47,178 nucleotides of DNA from Chiloscyllium plagiosum (GCF_004010195.1 NC_057718.1:28268061-28315238), one strand, 5' to 3'; positions 13,305 to 25,950 are shown, numbered from the stretch's first letter. Numbers and translations: made by a program. The notes: a model not told the origin generated them from the letters alone.

Positions 13305-14200
13305 ATAGAATCATAGAGTGGTTAGAGCATCGAAGGCGGTCAGTGTTGCGTCCACAGTGGTTTTCTGCGTGATCAAATCAGGTTGACCCATTCCTTTGCC
13401 TTTTCCCTAGAGTCCTGGAAATCTTTTCTTATCATGTGCTTATCCAACTTCCTTTGAAACCCACAATTGAATCCCCTTTCACCACAGCATCAGGTAGCTA
13501 AGAGATTCTAATCACGGCATCAAAATCTTCTTCATGTTACCATTAGTTCTACTGCTAATCATCTTATCTTCCTGCCAGTGGAACCAATTCCTCTCCAAGT
13601 ACACAGATCCACCTCTCATGATTTTGAACACCTATATCAAATTTTCTTTCAACTTTCTCCCCTCTGAGGAATGGTGGCACAGTGGCTCAGTGGTTGGCAC
13701 AGCTGCCTCACAGCACCAGAGTGCCAGGTTTGATTCCAGACTCGGGCGACTGTCTGTGTGGAGTTTGCACATTCTCCCTGTGTCTGAGTAGGTTTCCTCT
13801 GGGTGGTCTGGTTTCCTCCCACAGTCCAAAGATGTGCAGGTCAGATGAATTAGCCATGCTAAATTGCCCATAGTGTTAGGTGCATTAGACAGAGGGAAAT
13901 GGGTCTGGGTGGGTTACTCTTCAGAGGGTCGGTGTGGACTTGTTGGGCCAAAGGGCCTGTTTCCACACTGTAAAAAAATTAAAAGACAGACACCTTAGCT
14001 TTCCAAATCTATTGGCATAACTGAAGACACTCATTTCTATTTCCATTCTCATAAATCTTTTCTGGACACAATGTTACAGTCGATGCCAAACTAGCCTTTT
14101 ATAAATATTCTTCATAACTTCCTTATTTCTGTCCTCTGTGTTTCTATTTATACAGTTTAGGAAGTTGTATGCTATTATATCCCATTATCAATATCCTTAA
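13305..14200 (-). mobile_element. Old CR1 LINE 3' fragment interrupted by an HE1 SINE
   Basis: catagaatcatagagtgg tail plus CR1-like 3' body continuing on both sides of the SINE. Confidence 0.5.
13672..13978 (+). mobile_element. HE1-type V-SINE
   Basis: Near-colinear with 11974-12290. Confidence 0.9.
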
Positions 14201-15459
14201 CAATAGTGTACTGTCAATCCTGGACAATATAATACTGCAAGCCTTGCTCACTTTGCAAACAAATACAGCCAGTATCTTTGTTATGATGGCCAAAATGTTA
14301 TAGGACCCTGAATGATGTGGGCCTGCTGAGATAGGCCTTCTGAGAAATGTGACAGAATTGTGCAAGAAATCCAGCAATGCCTATCTCAATGCTGGGAACA
14401 ACTCACTGCATTTTTCAACTAAGTTCTGAGCATCAAAGTGAGATTCTGACAAAGTAGTGGTGGCTACAAGCAAAGTAGTCACCGAGAATTCTCAACTTAG
14501 AAATCGGATTAGATATTTAACAACTTCAGCTGTCCACTAGTTGTGAAGAGTCTCCGTGTTGGTCACCATGCAATAGCATCTCAGACATGCTGCACTGGCA
14601 CCAGCTCCATGTACCTCATGTTCATCGGTGTTGGGATCTGACACGTGTCAGTCTCTAAGTACCCTCATGGCACATCTTTGAGTGAATTATAGGATGCTTC
14701 TGCACTTAATGTAATGCTGCTGTAAAGACAATGTGCACTCAGGGACACACACAGCTCATAGACTGGACAGGCTGCATCTTCAGACTGTTTGTTTGCTCCC
14801 TTAGCACTCACTCACTTTAACCCTTCCTGGATGCTTGCAGCATTCCTGCCTTGCCTTGCCTTTTTGACATTGCCCCCTCAACAAGAGATGCCAGACTCAC
14901 AATACTTCTGTCTTGCTTTGCCATTTACTGCAGACACAAAGCCAGGAAGCTTGTTATCAGTCCTCAGTCAAGTCAAGGAGTATGGCCTACAGTCAGTGGA
15001 TTCCAGCACAGCAAGTCCAGGGCAGCCTCCAATACCAGTTCAGGGGCTCGGACACAGTCAGTCAGCCACATGAAATGTTCAGCATCAGAATCCTCTCGTC
15101 ATGAGAGGTGAGTAGCTAAATGTCAGACAGCCCACTACCCATCCTGACTCCTTCTGCCCTATTGTGGGCTACCTTGCTCCTGCAATTAGAGCAAGGCAGA
15201 TATTAAGGGGGATAGAAGTAGGTGTCATCTCAACTGGTACTTTTGACACAGTTGAGGAGAAATCTTAAGTGAGTGAGTAGGCAGGGCAGAGGGCATGGAG
15301 GGTTAGTGGTGTTGGGGGTTGGAATGGGTGACAGTGAATGAGGGAAGATGTTGCAGGCAAATGTGAAAGTGGTAAAGCACCAGCCTTGGTGGAAGGTGGG
15401 TATGTGGCAGAGACATAGTAAGTTTGAGGTATCGAAGGAAAGATGGTGGCACCTCCCCT

Positions 15460-15700
15460 GGGAGAGTAGAGAAGGTCATTGCCATTGCTGTGCATTCCTC
15501 CAGATGGCTACAGCTGCACTGGTATCTGGAGGAGGACCAGGCTGACATGATCTAGTGTCATGACCTCCTCTGTTGATCTTGGGAGAACAGAGCATCCTGG
15601 TATGTCCCAAGTTATCCACCACAATCTCTGGGTTCCTGCCAATTTTCCCTTCCCTGCCATGTCTGGGCAAATGTCGGGAGTCATGCATGTCAGCTCTGAA
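15460..15700 (-). pseudogene. Possible decayed Myb/SANT-like ORF of a PIF/Harbinger-type transposon
   Basis: Fragments WRNAQQW / NDLLYSPR resemble the R..QC.K..NDL motif of Myb/SANT-like proteins. Heavily decayed. Confidence 0.3.
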
Positions 15701-16866
15701 CTAACCGTGCTTGTCCGGATGCAGATCAGCCTTTCAATGCCTGGGATTGTGGTCCATTCTGAGGTGTACTGGCAGTGGTGAGTTGTTCTGGGTATGGCAA
15801 AGGGTAGAATGGTGTTAGAATCAGACAAGATGGACACCATAGGGGTGGAATAGGTAGTTAATGAGGTAGGTTTGGTAAGTTGCATTGAGAAAACTCATTA
15901 GGCTTCGGAAAGAGAAATCTTCTTTGAAACTCAATAAAAGCGACACTGAGCCAAAAGAAGACATAGATTCATTTGAATATGTTGTAGATGATCTCCTGAG
16001 CTCATTTTTAGTTTATATTCAGCTTTGTTGCAAACAAACCTAGTCCTAAGCCATGGTTTGCTCAATTTACTATAAGGTACGGTCAACCAGCACTAAAATA
16101 TCCATGTATTCATATCTTGATCCCGTTTTAGTAATGTCATTTTAGTGTCATATGTGTCTTTCTGGCATGATACAATGTTTTGTGCTCATTTTCAGTTTAT
16201 TAGAGTACCTGTGATATGATCTTATTTTTATTTTCATTTGATTAGATTCTCACATTTGCCTGTTAACAATATTTTTGTTCTAATCTTCTGAGTTCTTCCT
16301 TTTCTGTCATGTCCTGACTAACACAACAGTATGGGATTAAAACACAAGGGTATTTTACTCTAAGGTTCAACACTGTTCAATGGCTAGGTGGTCTGCAAAG
16401 TACATCCCATTCACTTTGCTCTAATGTCCCTGTGGACTGAAAATCATACAATAATCTGCAACTCAATATGATGAAAGCTCATAATATACTATTATTGCTT
16501 GTGAGCTTAGGTTCTGAAATGGAGAAATGATGTACAACTTTTAAATCCATAGAATTTGTGTGTAAAGAAGGGGAAGACCAAGGTTTTTAATTTCGTATTT
16601 TTATATTTTAAGGTTTTTCTATTTCTCCTGTCAGTGGGTGTCAGGTGTCTGGAAGTTTGGTTTGTTTACATGCATTTTTATGAGGTCTATTAGGAAAAAT
16701 GTGTTGAAGACAGAAAATAAAATCTCATCTTTAGTAACACTGAAATTCAGAATAATGCAGAAGTAGTCAGGAAGTGTGAGGGTTAAGTTGCAGAAACAGG
16801 TCCCTCACAGCAGAGGTACTGTTACTAACAGTCTCCAAGCTGAAAGAATGTTATGGGTGGCTTAGA

Positions 16867-17095
16867 AGTCATAGAGTCATAGAGTCATAGAGATGTACAG
16901 CATGGAAACAGACCCTTCGGTCCAACCCATCCATGCCGACCAGATATCCCAACCCAATCTAGTCTCACCTGCCAGCACCCGGCCCATATCCCTCCAAACC
17001 CTTCCTATTCATATACCCATCCAAATGCTTCTTTAATGTTGCAATTGTAACAGCCTCCACCACTCTCTCTGACAGCTCATTCCATACACGTACCA
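16867..17095 (-). mobile_element. CR1 LINE 3' end (5'-truncated)
   Basis: (AGAGTCAT)n tail. Near-identical to 26670-26885. Flanked by AAGTCA direct repeats. Confidence 0.85.
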
Positions 17096-18870
17096 AAGTC
17101 AGAAAGAAATAAAGCTTCAGAAGCAGAAAGCTATTAAAAAGGTAAATATAAGGAACACATTTTTTATAGTGAGATGAGATGGCAGCTTGTTTAAAAATTT
17201 AAGGAACAGAAATTAACTAAAGAAAATAGCAATGAGTGGATATACATAAACTTGCCAAAAAGGAAATTAATTACAGCCCTCAGAGCTAAACAAGGATCTA
17301 CAGTAAAGAGACAGACGTGCCCCTTCACCAAGGTTTGAGTATTGATAACGTTGTTGTGGGGTACAATGGTATTTCTGATGTTTTCCTTTGTATTTATAAA
17401 TGATTATGTTATTTTAATAAAAGTATATTGACAGCCTCTTGTGAATATGTTCAGTGTACAAATACCACTATACTTAAAAAGAGAAAAAGAGAAGGCATAT
17501 TGTCTATCAAGCTAAGTCTCACACTAGGATCTGATTTGTCTAAATTACCATCAGCTGGAATCATAACAAATGGAACTGGACATTACAATGGCTCACTATC
17601 TCCAAGGAGTCTTGGAAATGTATTTAATGTGAGACATATGTGAATATGACTGTTAAGGCAGTGTCAAAATGTGGAAGCATTCTGCTGTACAAAAACGAGA
17701 TTGCATAAACTCATCATATGGACAACCCTTATAGTAAGGAGAATAAAAAGACATTTATCTGATGGCTTTCATCTGGATTTGAAATCCCTGGTCTGATCTT
17801 TTAAAGGACATTGCAGACTTACAGTGCCACTTAGGTCCCTATCTGACTTCAGACAAACTGCCTAAACCAAAATAGAAGACCTGCATTTCCTGTTTACACT
17901 TTTTCTGCCATGCTCTATTTTTCACAATTTTTAATCGAACAGACACTGACAGGAAATGGGACACGGTTCTTTTTAAAACTGGCATTAGGAGGGACCAGCA
18001 CAATCACAGTTTAGATGGTAGGCTGTTTATTTTACACACACACACACATGATTTTTCCATTTCATTCATTTTAGGATTTATTGTGATCAGTCAGCATCCT
18101 GGGAGTCCCAGGTAACCTCTGCACTGGCATAACTTTCACATTAGACTTTACATTAATTACCACCGGATTATGTAGCTGTCAACTACAGCTATCATTGTTT
18201 TCCTTTTAATTACCAGAAGGAGGTAGAATCCTGGATAAACATGGGTAACCTCACTAACTGAGTTCCTCATTCTGGATTCACACCTTATGTATTTAAGTAG
18301 TTTGGTTCATAAGCAAAGATTGAAAATAGTCATGAACCGTGAAAATAGCACCTTCTACTAATTGCTATTTATATTCATAGCTGTCCTGAAGTACTGCGCT
18401 GGGATATTCTGGGCTTGAAGTGGGCTCTTGGTCTCAGCAGTCAACATGTGGCAATGATATTACTGTTAATATTTATGCAGCAAATACACTCAAGTAATAC
18501 GTCAAATGTCTGAACCAAGGCAAAAATGTTGCGTATTTTACTGCTGCAGAAAAGCACAGGCCCCAGATCTTTTGATTTTCCACTTTACTTTCATGCGTGT
18601 ATTCTGTTTTAACCCCACTCAGAAAGGTTTACTTCTCAACATTATCTTGATAATGGCCATTATTTGCAAAAGTAATCATTTGGACCTGCTTGACTGGCCA
18701 TTTCTAGCTGCTGTACTTGAGATCAGTGTTGAAGCACCTGAGAAAGCATTCCCTTCTCGTCCCAGCAGAGATATCTGCTTCCCATAATAAAACAAATGAA
18801 AATAAATTATTCCAAGAAGTTAAAAATCACACAACATCAGGTTATAGTCCAACAGGTTTAATTGGAAGCA

Positions 18871-18905
18871 CACTAGCTTTTGGAGCGCTGTTCCTTCATC
18901 AGGTG
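18871..18905 (-). ncRNA. Minimal hammerhead ribozyme, mutated (GAAA to AAAA)
   Basis: Minus strand cacCTGATGAaGGAACagcGCTCCaaaaGCTAgtg. G12 is lost and helix II has a mismatch. Confidence 0.65.
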
Positions 18906-19279
18906 GGTGTGGAGGACACAATTGTCAGACACAGAATTTATAGCAAAAGTTTACAGTGTGATGTAACTGAAATTATACATTGAAAAATATCTTAATTGTT
19001 TGTTGAGGCTTTCATCTGTTAGAATACTATGATAGTTTCACTTCTTTCATGTGGAAATCACAAAACCTTTTTTTTAAAAGTTGCATTCTCCGTTTAACTG
19101 TAACAATGGGTGTCAGCTAAACAATATGTTGAAGGTGTTAGCCCCCTGTGTTCTCTGTCTTTGCCAAAATGTTTAGACTGATTGTAAACTAAAAGTGAGA
19201 TAACAGAGTTTTACATTAATTCATGCAGTTTTTGAGCAAAGTACAATGTAACTCTGCAAGTCCAAGTTCACACCACATA

Positions 19280-19700
19280 TGTATATGTGTGCATGTGTGT
19301 GTGTGTGTGTCTGTCTGTCTGTCTGCCTGGGTTGGGGGTTGTGAGTGAGAGAGAGAGAGTGTATATGTGTGTGTATGTGAGTGTAGAGTGTCTTAAGTCT
19401 GTGAGGGGATGCATGTGTGAGTGTGGGAGTGTGTGTGTCTGTAAGAACGTAGGTGTGTGTCTGGGGTGGGCGGTTGTGAGTGTCTGTGAGAGAGAGTGTA
19501 TATGTGTGTGAGTGAGTGTAGAGTGATCTAAGTCTCTGAGAGGATGCCTGTGTGAGTGTGGGAGTGTGTGTGTCTGTAAGGGTGTGTGAGTGTCTGCGCG
19601 CGTGTTTGTGTACATGTATGTCTGTGTGTATGTGTGCCTGTGTGTATGTGCATATCGGAGTACCTGTGTGTGTATGTAGAAGTGTCTGTGTGTGTGTGTA
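19280..19700. repeat. (TG)n-rich low-complexity tract in the inverted pLTR
   Basis: Degenerate TG/GT repeats. Mirror image of 20735-21400. Confidence 0.9.
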
Positions 19701-19738
19701 TAATGCAATGGTGGTCACCTGTAGTGTGACATGAACCC

Positions 19739-20724
19739 ACCATCAAACTCACCATGGACTACTGTCGACTATCTGTCTCATTCTTGGACACCTGCATCTC
19801 CATCAAGGATAGACACCTCAGCACCACACTCTACCGCAAACCCACAGACAGCCTCACAATATGACACTTCTCCAGCTTCCACTCAAAACATATTAAAACA
19901 GCCATCCCCTATGGACAAGCCCTACGCGTACACTGGATCTGCTCAGATGAGGAGGAACGTGACGGGCACCTGGAAGTACTCAGGGATGCTCTCACAAGAA
20001 CGGGGTACGATGCTCAACTCATCGACCGCCAGTTCCAACATGCCACAGCAAGGAACCGTAATGACCTCCTCAGGAGACAGACACGTGCTGCAACCGACAG
20101 GGTACCCTTCGTTGTTCAGTACTTCCCAGGAGCTGAAAAATTACACCATGTTCTTCGTGGCCTGCAACACATTATCAATGAGGATGAGCACCTCACCAAG
20201 ACCTTCCCCATACCTCCACAACCGCCTTTAAACAACCGCCAAACCTCAAACAGATCGTTGTTCGTAGCAAGCTGTCCGGCTTTCAGGACAACTCCATACA
20301 ACCCTGTCATGGTGGGCGCTGCAAGGTGTGTCAGAGCGTGGACATGGATACCACCATTACGCGTGGGGACACCTCCCACCTTGTACGTGGCAGGTACTCA
20401 TGTGACTCAGCCAACATTGTCTATCTTATACATTGCAGGCAAGGATGCCCGGAGGCATGGTACATTGGGGAAACCGAGCAAAGGCTACGACAACGGATGA
20501 ATGGGAACCGCACAACAATCAACAGACAGGAGGGTTCCCTCCCAGTTGGGGAACACTTCAGCGGTCCAGGACATTCAACCTTGGACCTTCGGGTGACCAT
20601 TCTCCAGGGCAGACTTCGGGACAGGCAGCAGCGAAAAGTGGCCAAGCAGAGGCTGATAGCCAAGTTCCGTACCCATAAGGAGGGCCTCAACCGGGACCAT
20701 GGGTTCGTGTCAGACTACAGGTGA
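19739..20724 (+). pseudogene. PLE RT C-terminus/thumb, Cys-rich linker and GIY-YIG endonuclease (disrupted)
   Basis: IKLTMDY...SFLD...LYRKPTD, PCHGGRCKVC linker, NIVYLIHCRQGCPEAWYIGETEQRLRQR...GLNRDHGF, stop at 20722-20724. Confidence 0.9.
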
Positions 20725-20734
20725 CCCCACTGCA

Positions 20735-21400
20735 CTATACACACACGCACACAGACACTCCTACCCCCTCCCCCCCCCCCCCCCCACACAGCCACTCCTA
20801 TACACACGCATTAACACAGACACGCACGCAGACACACACACACCCTTACAGACACACACTCCCATACTCACACAGGCATCCTCTCAGAGACTTAGACCAC
20901 TCTACACTCGCTCACACACACATGCACTCTCTCTCACAGATACTCACAACCGCCCACCCCAGACACACACACACATTCCTACAGACAAACACACTCCCAC
21001 ACTCACACATGCATCCCCTCACACACAGACACTCCTACATACACACACAGGCACTCCTATACACACACATACACACATAAACACGGACACACATGTACGC
21101 AGACACTCACATACGCCCTTACAAACACACACACTCCTACACTCACACGTGCAGAGACTTAGACCACTCTACACTCGCTCACACACACATGCACTCTCTC
21201 TCACAGATACTCACAACCGCCCACCCCAGACACACACACACATTCCTACAGACAAACACACTCCCACACTCACACATGCATCCCCTCATAGACTTAAGAC
21301 ACTCAATACTCACACACACATATACACTCTCACTCTCTCACTCACAACCTACCAACCCAGACAGACATACACACACATATGCACACACACACATATACAT
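20735..21400. repeat. (CA)n-rich tract in the 3' pLTR with an internal duplicated ~135-bp block
   Basis: agagacttagaccactctacactcgctc...gcatcccctca occurs at ~20886 and ~21153. Confidence 0.85.
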
Positions 21401-21774
21401 TTGTGGGGTGAATTTGGACTTGCAGAGTTACATTGTACTTTGCTCAAAAACTGCATGAATTAATGTAAAACTCTGTTATCTCACTTTTTAGTTTACAATC
21501 AGTCTAAACATTATGGCAAAGACAGAGAACACATGGGGCTAACACCTTCAACATAATGTCTAGCTAACACCCATTGTTACAGTTAACCGGAGAATGCAAT
21601 TTTAAAAAAAAAGGCTTTGTGATTTACACATGAAAGAAGTGAAACTATCATAGTATTCTAACAGATGAAAGCCTCAACCAGCAATTAAGGTATTATTCAA
21701 TGTATAATTTCAGTTACATCACACTGTAAATTTTTGCTATAAATTCTGTGTCTGACAATTGTGCGCCCCACACC

Positions 21775-21809
21775 CACCTGATGAAGGAGCGGTGCTCCGA
21801 AAGCTAGTG
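21775..21809 (+). ncRNA. Minimal (PLE-type) hammerhead ribozyme, core intact
   Basis: CAC-CTGATGA-A-GGAGC-ggt-GCTCC-GAAA-GC-TA-GTG: helix I CAC/GTG, helix II 5 bp, palindromic AGCT helix III, predicted cleavage after A21806. Confidence 0.8.
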
Positions 21810-22606
21810 TGCATCAAGCTGTGCGTGGATCCCCGGTACACAAACACCAAGTGTCACTACGTACTGAGGTTCTACCTGTCCCCGGTGTTGCGAAGGATGG
21901 GCCTGGCCTCGCTGCCGTGGAACGCTCCGAGTAGTTGGACTGATCCGTATCACCTGTCCTTTGTGAAGAAATTTATGAAGAAAAACACCTTTGACCACAA
22001 GTCCATCAGGAAGTGGTCAGCACGTAGTGTCCTTGAGACGCTTCGGGAAAAGGAGAGGGCGGATCCTATCGAGCGGTTCCCTGGGCAGACTGTCAAAGTC
22101 ATTTGGTAGAATGCCTCATTGCCAGAACTTTCCAACAAGCACCAAGACATGGCTTGGCTGGTGGCGAGAAGGGCTCTGCCTGTGAGATCCTTTATGCAAA
22201 CCCGGACTCTCTGCCTCACCGCACGCTGCCCTCGAAGCGGCTGTGGAGGGGACGAGACTGTCACACACCTCCTTCTAGAATGTGCCATCGCAGAGGAAGT
22301 CTGGAGAGAAATGGAGTGGTGTTTGTCGAGGTTCATCCCGAGCAGCTCCATGACATGGGACTCCGTGCTCTACGGTCTGTTCCCCGGGACGCACACTGAG
22401 ACAAACATCAACTGTGCCTGGAGGATCATCAACTTGGTGAAAGACCCTTTTTGGTCTGTCCGAAACCTGTTGATCTTCCAGCTGAAGGAGCTGACCCGTG
22501 TTGCAGACTACGTGTTGAGGGACACGCTGAAGCTTGGGCAGCTGCCGCCAAGGCGTGGTGGGGAAAGACCACTGTCTAACGTGTGCCTCCCAAAGAAGAA
22601 CAGGGG

Positions 22607-22763
22607 TGAAAATGTGTTGCTGGAAAAGTGCAGCAGGTCAGGCAGCATCCAAGGAACAGGAGAATCGACGTTTCGGGCATGAGCCCTTCTTCAGGAATGA
22701 GGAGAGTGGGCCAAGCAGGCTAAGATAAAAGGTAGGGAGGAGGGACTTGGGGGAGGGGCGTTG
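22607..22763 (-). mobile_element. Short hammerhead-bearing PLE insert in the Tx1 3' UTR
   Basis: 12-bp TSD GAAGAACAGGGG (22595-22606, 22764-22775). Minus strand CTGAAGAaGGGCtcatGCCCGAAAcgTC. Confidence 0.85.
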
Positions 22764-22837
22764 GAAGAACAGGGGGCCCACTCAGTAATTGGGCTCTGCT
22801 GAATCCTCAGCTAAATATATGGATGGTAAACATACAG

Positions 22838-23006
22838 GAGAAAGTGAGGACTGCAGATGCTGGAGATCAGAACTAAAAAATGTGTTGCTGGAAAAGTGCA
22901 GCAGGTCAGGCAGCATCCAAGGAGCAGGAGAATCGACGTTTCGGGCATAAGCCCTTCTCATTCCTGAAGAAGGGCTTATGCCCAAAACGTCGATTGTCCT
23001 GCTCCT
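22838..23006. mobile_element. Short PLE insert with an internal inversion (two opposed hammerhead motifs)
   Basis: 18-bp TSD TGGATGGTAAACATACAG (22820-22837, 23007-23024). Arms ~22914-22958 and ~22968-23012 are inverted copies. Confidence 0.85.
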
Positions 23007-23162
23007 TGGATGGTAAACATACAGACTTGTATATACAAATGATTAATTCTGATCTCTGGATGTAAAGAAATACAAGGGTGCCTATGAATGGCACCACCAA
23101 TTGCACAGATCATCAAAATATTTTATGAATAAAGTATATTTTTGAAATAAAAAAAATTGTGC

Positions 23163-23426
23163 TTCCAATTAAACCTGTTGGACTATAACCTGGTGTTGTG
23201 TGATTTTTAACTTTGTGCACCCCAGTCCAACACCGGCATCTCCAAATCAGGACTATTATCTCAAGAAAATATGCTGGACTTCTGGGAAAGGCTATTCCAA
23301 TTAAACCTGTTGGACTATAACCTGGTGTTGTGTGATTTTTAACTTTGTGCACCCCAGTCCAACACAGGCATCTCCGAATCAGGACTATTATCTCAAGAAA
23401 ATATGCTGGACTTCTGGGAAAGGCTA
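23163..23426. repeat. 132-bp tandem duplication (PLE 3' end plus flank)
   Basis: ttccaattaaacc...gggaaaggcta at 23163-23294 and 23295-23426, about 2 mismatches. Confidence 0.93.
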
Positions 23427-25359
23427 CTGGGAGCTGAAGTTGCACTCAGTGAATTACTCCTTCAGAGTGCCATCAAAGACATGAAGGCCAAATGGCCTTC
23501 TACTGTGCTGTAACCATTCTATAATTCTCAGCCTAAAGCACCCAATAGTACACTCCTCGGCTGGCCTTTTTTGCAGACGTTTGATATTTGCAAACCAGTG
23601 AACATTCTTATGGAGTCATTCGGGTCCCGCTACTAAAGCAATGTTGTATGAGGTACATTGATAGCACTGATTAGTATTGCACCTCTTTAACTTCACTAAG
23701 AACCACCCCTGTTTATATAATCATAACACATTGCAAGCCACTTCTCCAACATGTATTCTTCTGTTTTTACAAGCATTCCCCAAAATTAAGCAAACCCATC
23801 TAGTCATTCAACTCTGCTTCACAGCACTCAGTGCAGCATCACTCACTCCACTCCAATCAAGCCCTAGCACAGTTGCTTGGACCCTGAGGAGTTTACACTG
23901 CCAACTCAAGGTGGGTACATCAGGGAAAGCACTGAGCAACACAGCAGCATGGGGGGTTGAACACAGGACACAGCAAACTGCAGAGTATTGGATTCAAGGT
24001 CAACATTTAGACGATTGCTGAGCAAGCACCAACGCGTGTTCCAATTATTAAGGGATGTGCTGAGGACTATGTGTGATATGACCTCAACTGTGGTGGTGTC
24101 CATTACTGCAGCTGTGCTCAATTATTAGACAGAACTGCAGCCCAACATGGAGTAAAGGAAATCTGGAAGTCAGGCTTAAGTGGAACTCTCTGTAACTTAA
24201 GCCAAGTGTCATTACCTCTCGAGTAGTGCTATCAGGGTCTTGAGTTTCAACCTCTCTCTTGTCCAATTTGTGAATTCAGATGAAGAAAACCATAACGCAC
24301 AGATTTGCTGCCCTCGTTACTGCCTTAGTTTTGCTTTCACACTAAACATTGGATGTACCAGGCAAGTAAGAGTATGTCTGGAATAAGTTGCTACATCCTG
24401 CTCCTCCAAATAAATTTGCCCAGAATGAGTATGGCCAGGCAGCCGCTGCATCAGCAGGTAAGACTGTGTCAGTATTTGAGGATTTTCACACCCAAGGAGA
24501 GTGAGATCCCACTGATTCAACAAGAATATAAAGAACACACACAATATCAACCGCCACTGTCGAAGCTCCAGCACATGCCCCTGCTGTGGTTAGGTAAATG
24601 CAGTAACACTCTATGACACTATCAGAAGGTGACTTCGAAAAACAGTAAGCTACGAGCTATTGCAGGAACACATCTACTTTTGAACATTAGGACAAAGTAT
24701 TACATTTTTCAGCATTAAACTTTGCTCTTCTCAATATGTGCCTATGATATTTGCTTTGCAAATTCTTGTAAACTTAGTTAGTTGTGGCCACCCTGTGGTC
24801 TTCTGGTGAAATGTACACAACAGGCCTTTATGCTTCAAGCATTTTACCCACGTTTTATAATCTGTTCCCTGGTTTGACCCGAACCAGGCCAAAGGCCACC
24901 AATTCAACCACTTAAAATTGTTGTGACAATGTTTTCAATACAGATATAACCTTGATTCTGCTCTAAATGTTCCTTCAGCAAATCTAGATTGCTTGGGGCA
25001 AAGGCATGTAGATTTGTCAAGGAAATCCGAACCTGACTTCTACTCTTTTGACGTTGGATATAAGATCTCTGTTCAGCCAGATCCATAATGTACGATAGAA
25101 TTCAAATAGAGCAACGTGCAAAGTACAGTGCAAGACAAAAACTGCCTCTTGCTTGCAAAAGCATCGGCAGGATTACCAGGAGTACAGCCTATGTGTCAAA
25201 AGTTAAGAAATCAAATGTGGACCAACAGCAAACAGACTGAAAATACAAAGCACTGTAAGTACCAGGCTGTGTTTTCAGTTTTATTTCTCTGCTTTTGGTT
25301 CAGATTTCCAGCATTTGTGGTGTTTCGCTTTCATTTGAGTGTTTTCAGCACTCTACAGC

Positions 25360-25950
25360 TGCGAAACATGCACAACTAATGCAAGCCAAGCAGAGACGGG
25401 TTCCACTTGCATTGCTTCAGGGGAATATTGGGCATCTCCTGGACAGATTGCTGAGTATGGAAGTATACAAATGTGCAGGGAGCCCCAGCATGTCTCCGAT
25501 ATTGAGTCAGCAGTGACAACACCGCTTTAGTCAAGTGAGGCAAATGGATGACAGCTACATCCCCAACGACACGCTTTGTGGTGAGCTCGCAAGAACAAAA
25601 CAGCAGCCATATCTGTGCCATTAGGATATATGCAAACGAGGACCTCAATTTGTCCGGAATCAGAGTCAATGAATGGGACGTCCTTGCTGTTGATGAGGAT
25701 GCTTGGAGACAAGCAATCAGGAAGGGACTGGAACAAGCAGAGGAAGAAAGAGATAGTCAACTGAGATTGTGATATAGAGAAAATGGAGACTATGAAAGGG
25801 TAAAATATCAATCAACATCGAGCCAACATTATTCATCTGTGCCAGCTATGGAAGGGCCGGTCACTTGCAAATTGACCTCCACAGCTACAGCAGATGATGT
25901 CGAATCTAGAAGCAACATACATTGAATGCACAGTCCATTATCTTTCAAGG
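25360..25950 (+). mobile_element. RTE-clade LINE 3' fragment (decayed)
   Basis: FHLHCFRGILGISW, RQMDDSYIP...GEL, WDVLAVDEDAWRQAIRKG and a C-terminal FIC..GR..H....LHS knuckle match RTE ORF C-termini. Confidence 0.7.

Larger units (their letters stand above)
21813..23157 (+). mobile_element. 5'-truncated Tx1-like (L1 group) LINE
   Basis: ORF2 C-terminus with zf-RVT motif CPRSGCGGDETVTHLLLEC. AATAAA plus A-tail at ~23128-23156. TSD TGTGC (21808-21812, 23158-23162). Confidence 0.85.
18819..23254 (+). mobile_element. 5'-truncated Penelope-like element (probably Neptune-type) with inverted 5' pLTR, interrupted by Tx1
   Basis: 18819-19738 is an inverted copy of the 3' pLTR (20700-21812 plus 23163-23254). 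RT C-terminus and GIY-YIG ORF lie between them. Imperfect 13-bp TSD ATTATTCCAAGAA (18806-18818) / ATTATCTCAAGAA (23255-23267). Confidence 0.9.

Noticed and set aside
16520..17568. Possible old solo LTR ending CATAACA
   Set aside because: The 5' boundary and TSD could not be established.
19221..21463. Long His/Thr-rich ORFs (up to 254 aa)
   Set aside because: Artefacts of stop-free (CA)n-rich pLTR sequence.
23163..23426. CRISPR-like repeat
   Set aside because: Simple two-unit tandem duplication with no spacers, in eukaryotic DNA.
24200..25100. Possible Harbinger transposase remnant
   Set aside because: No convincing DDE motif could be read.
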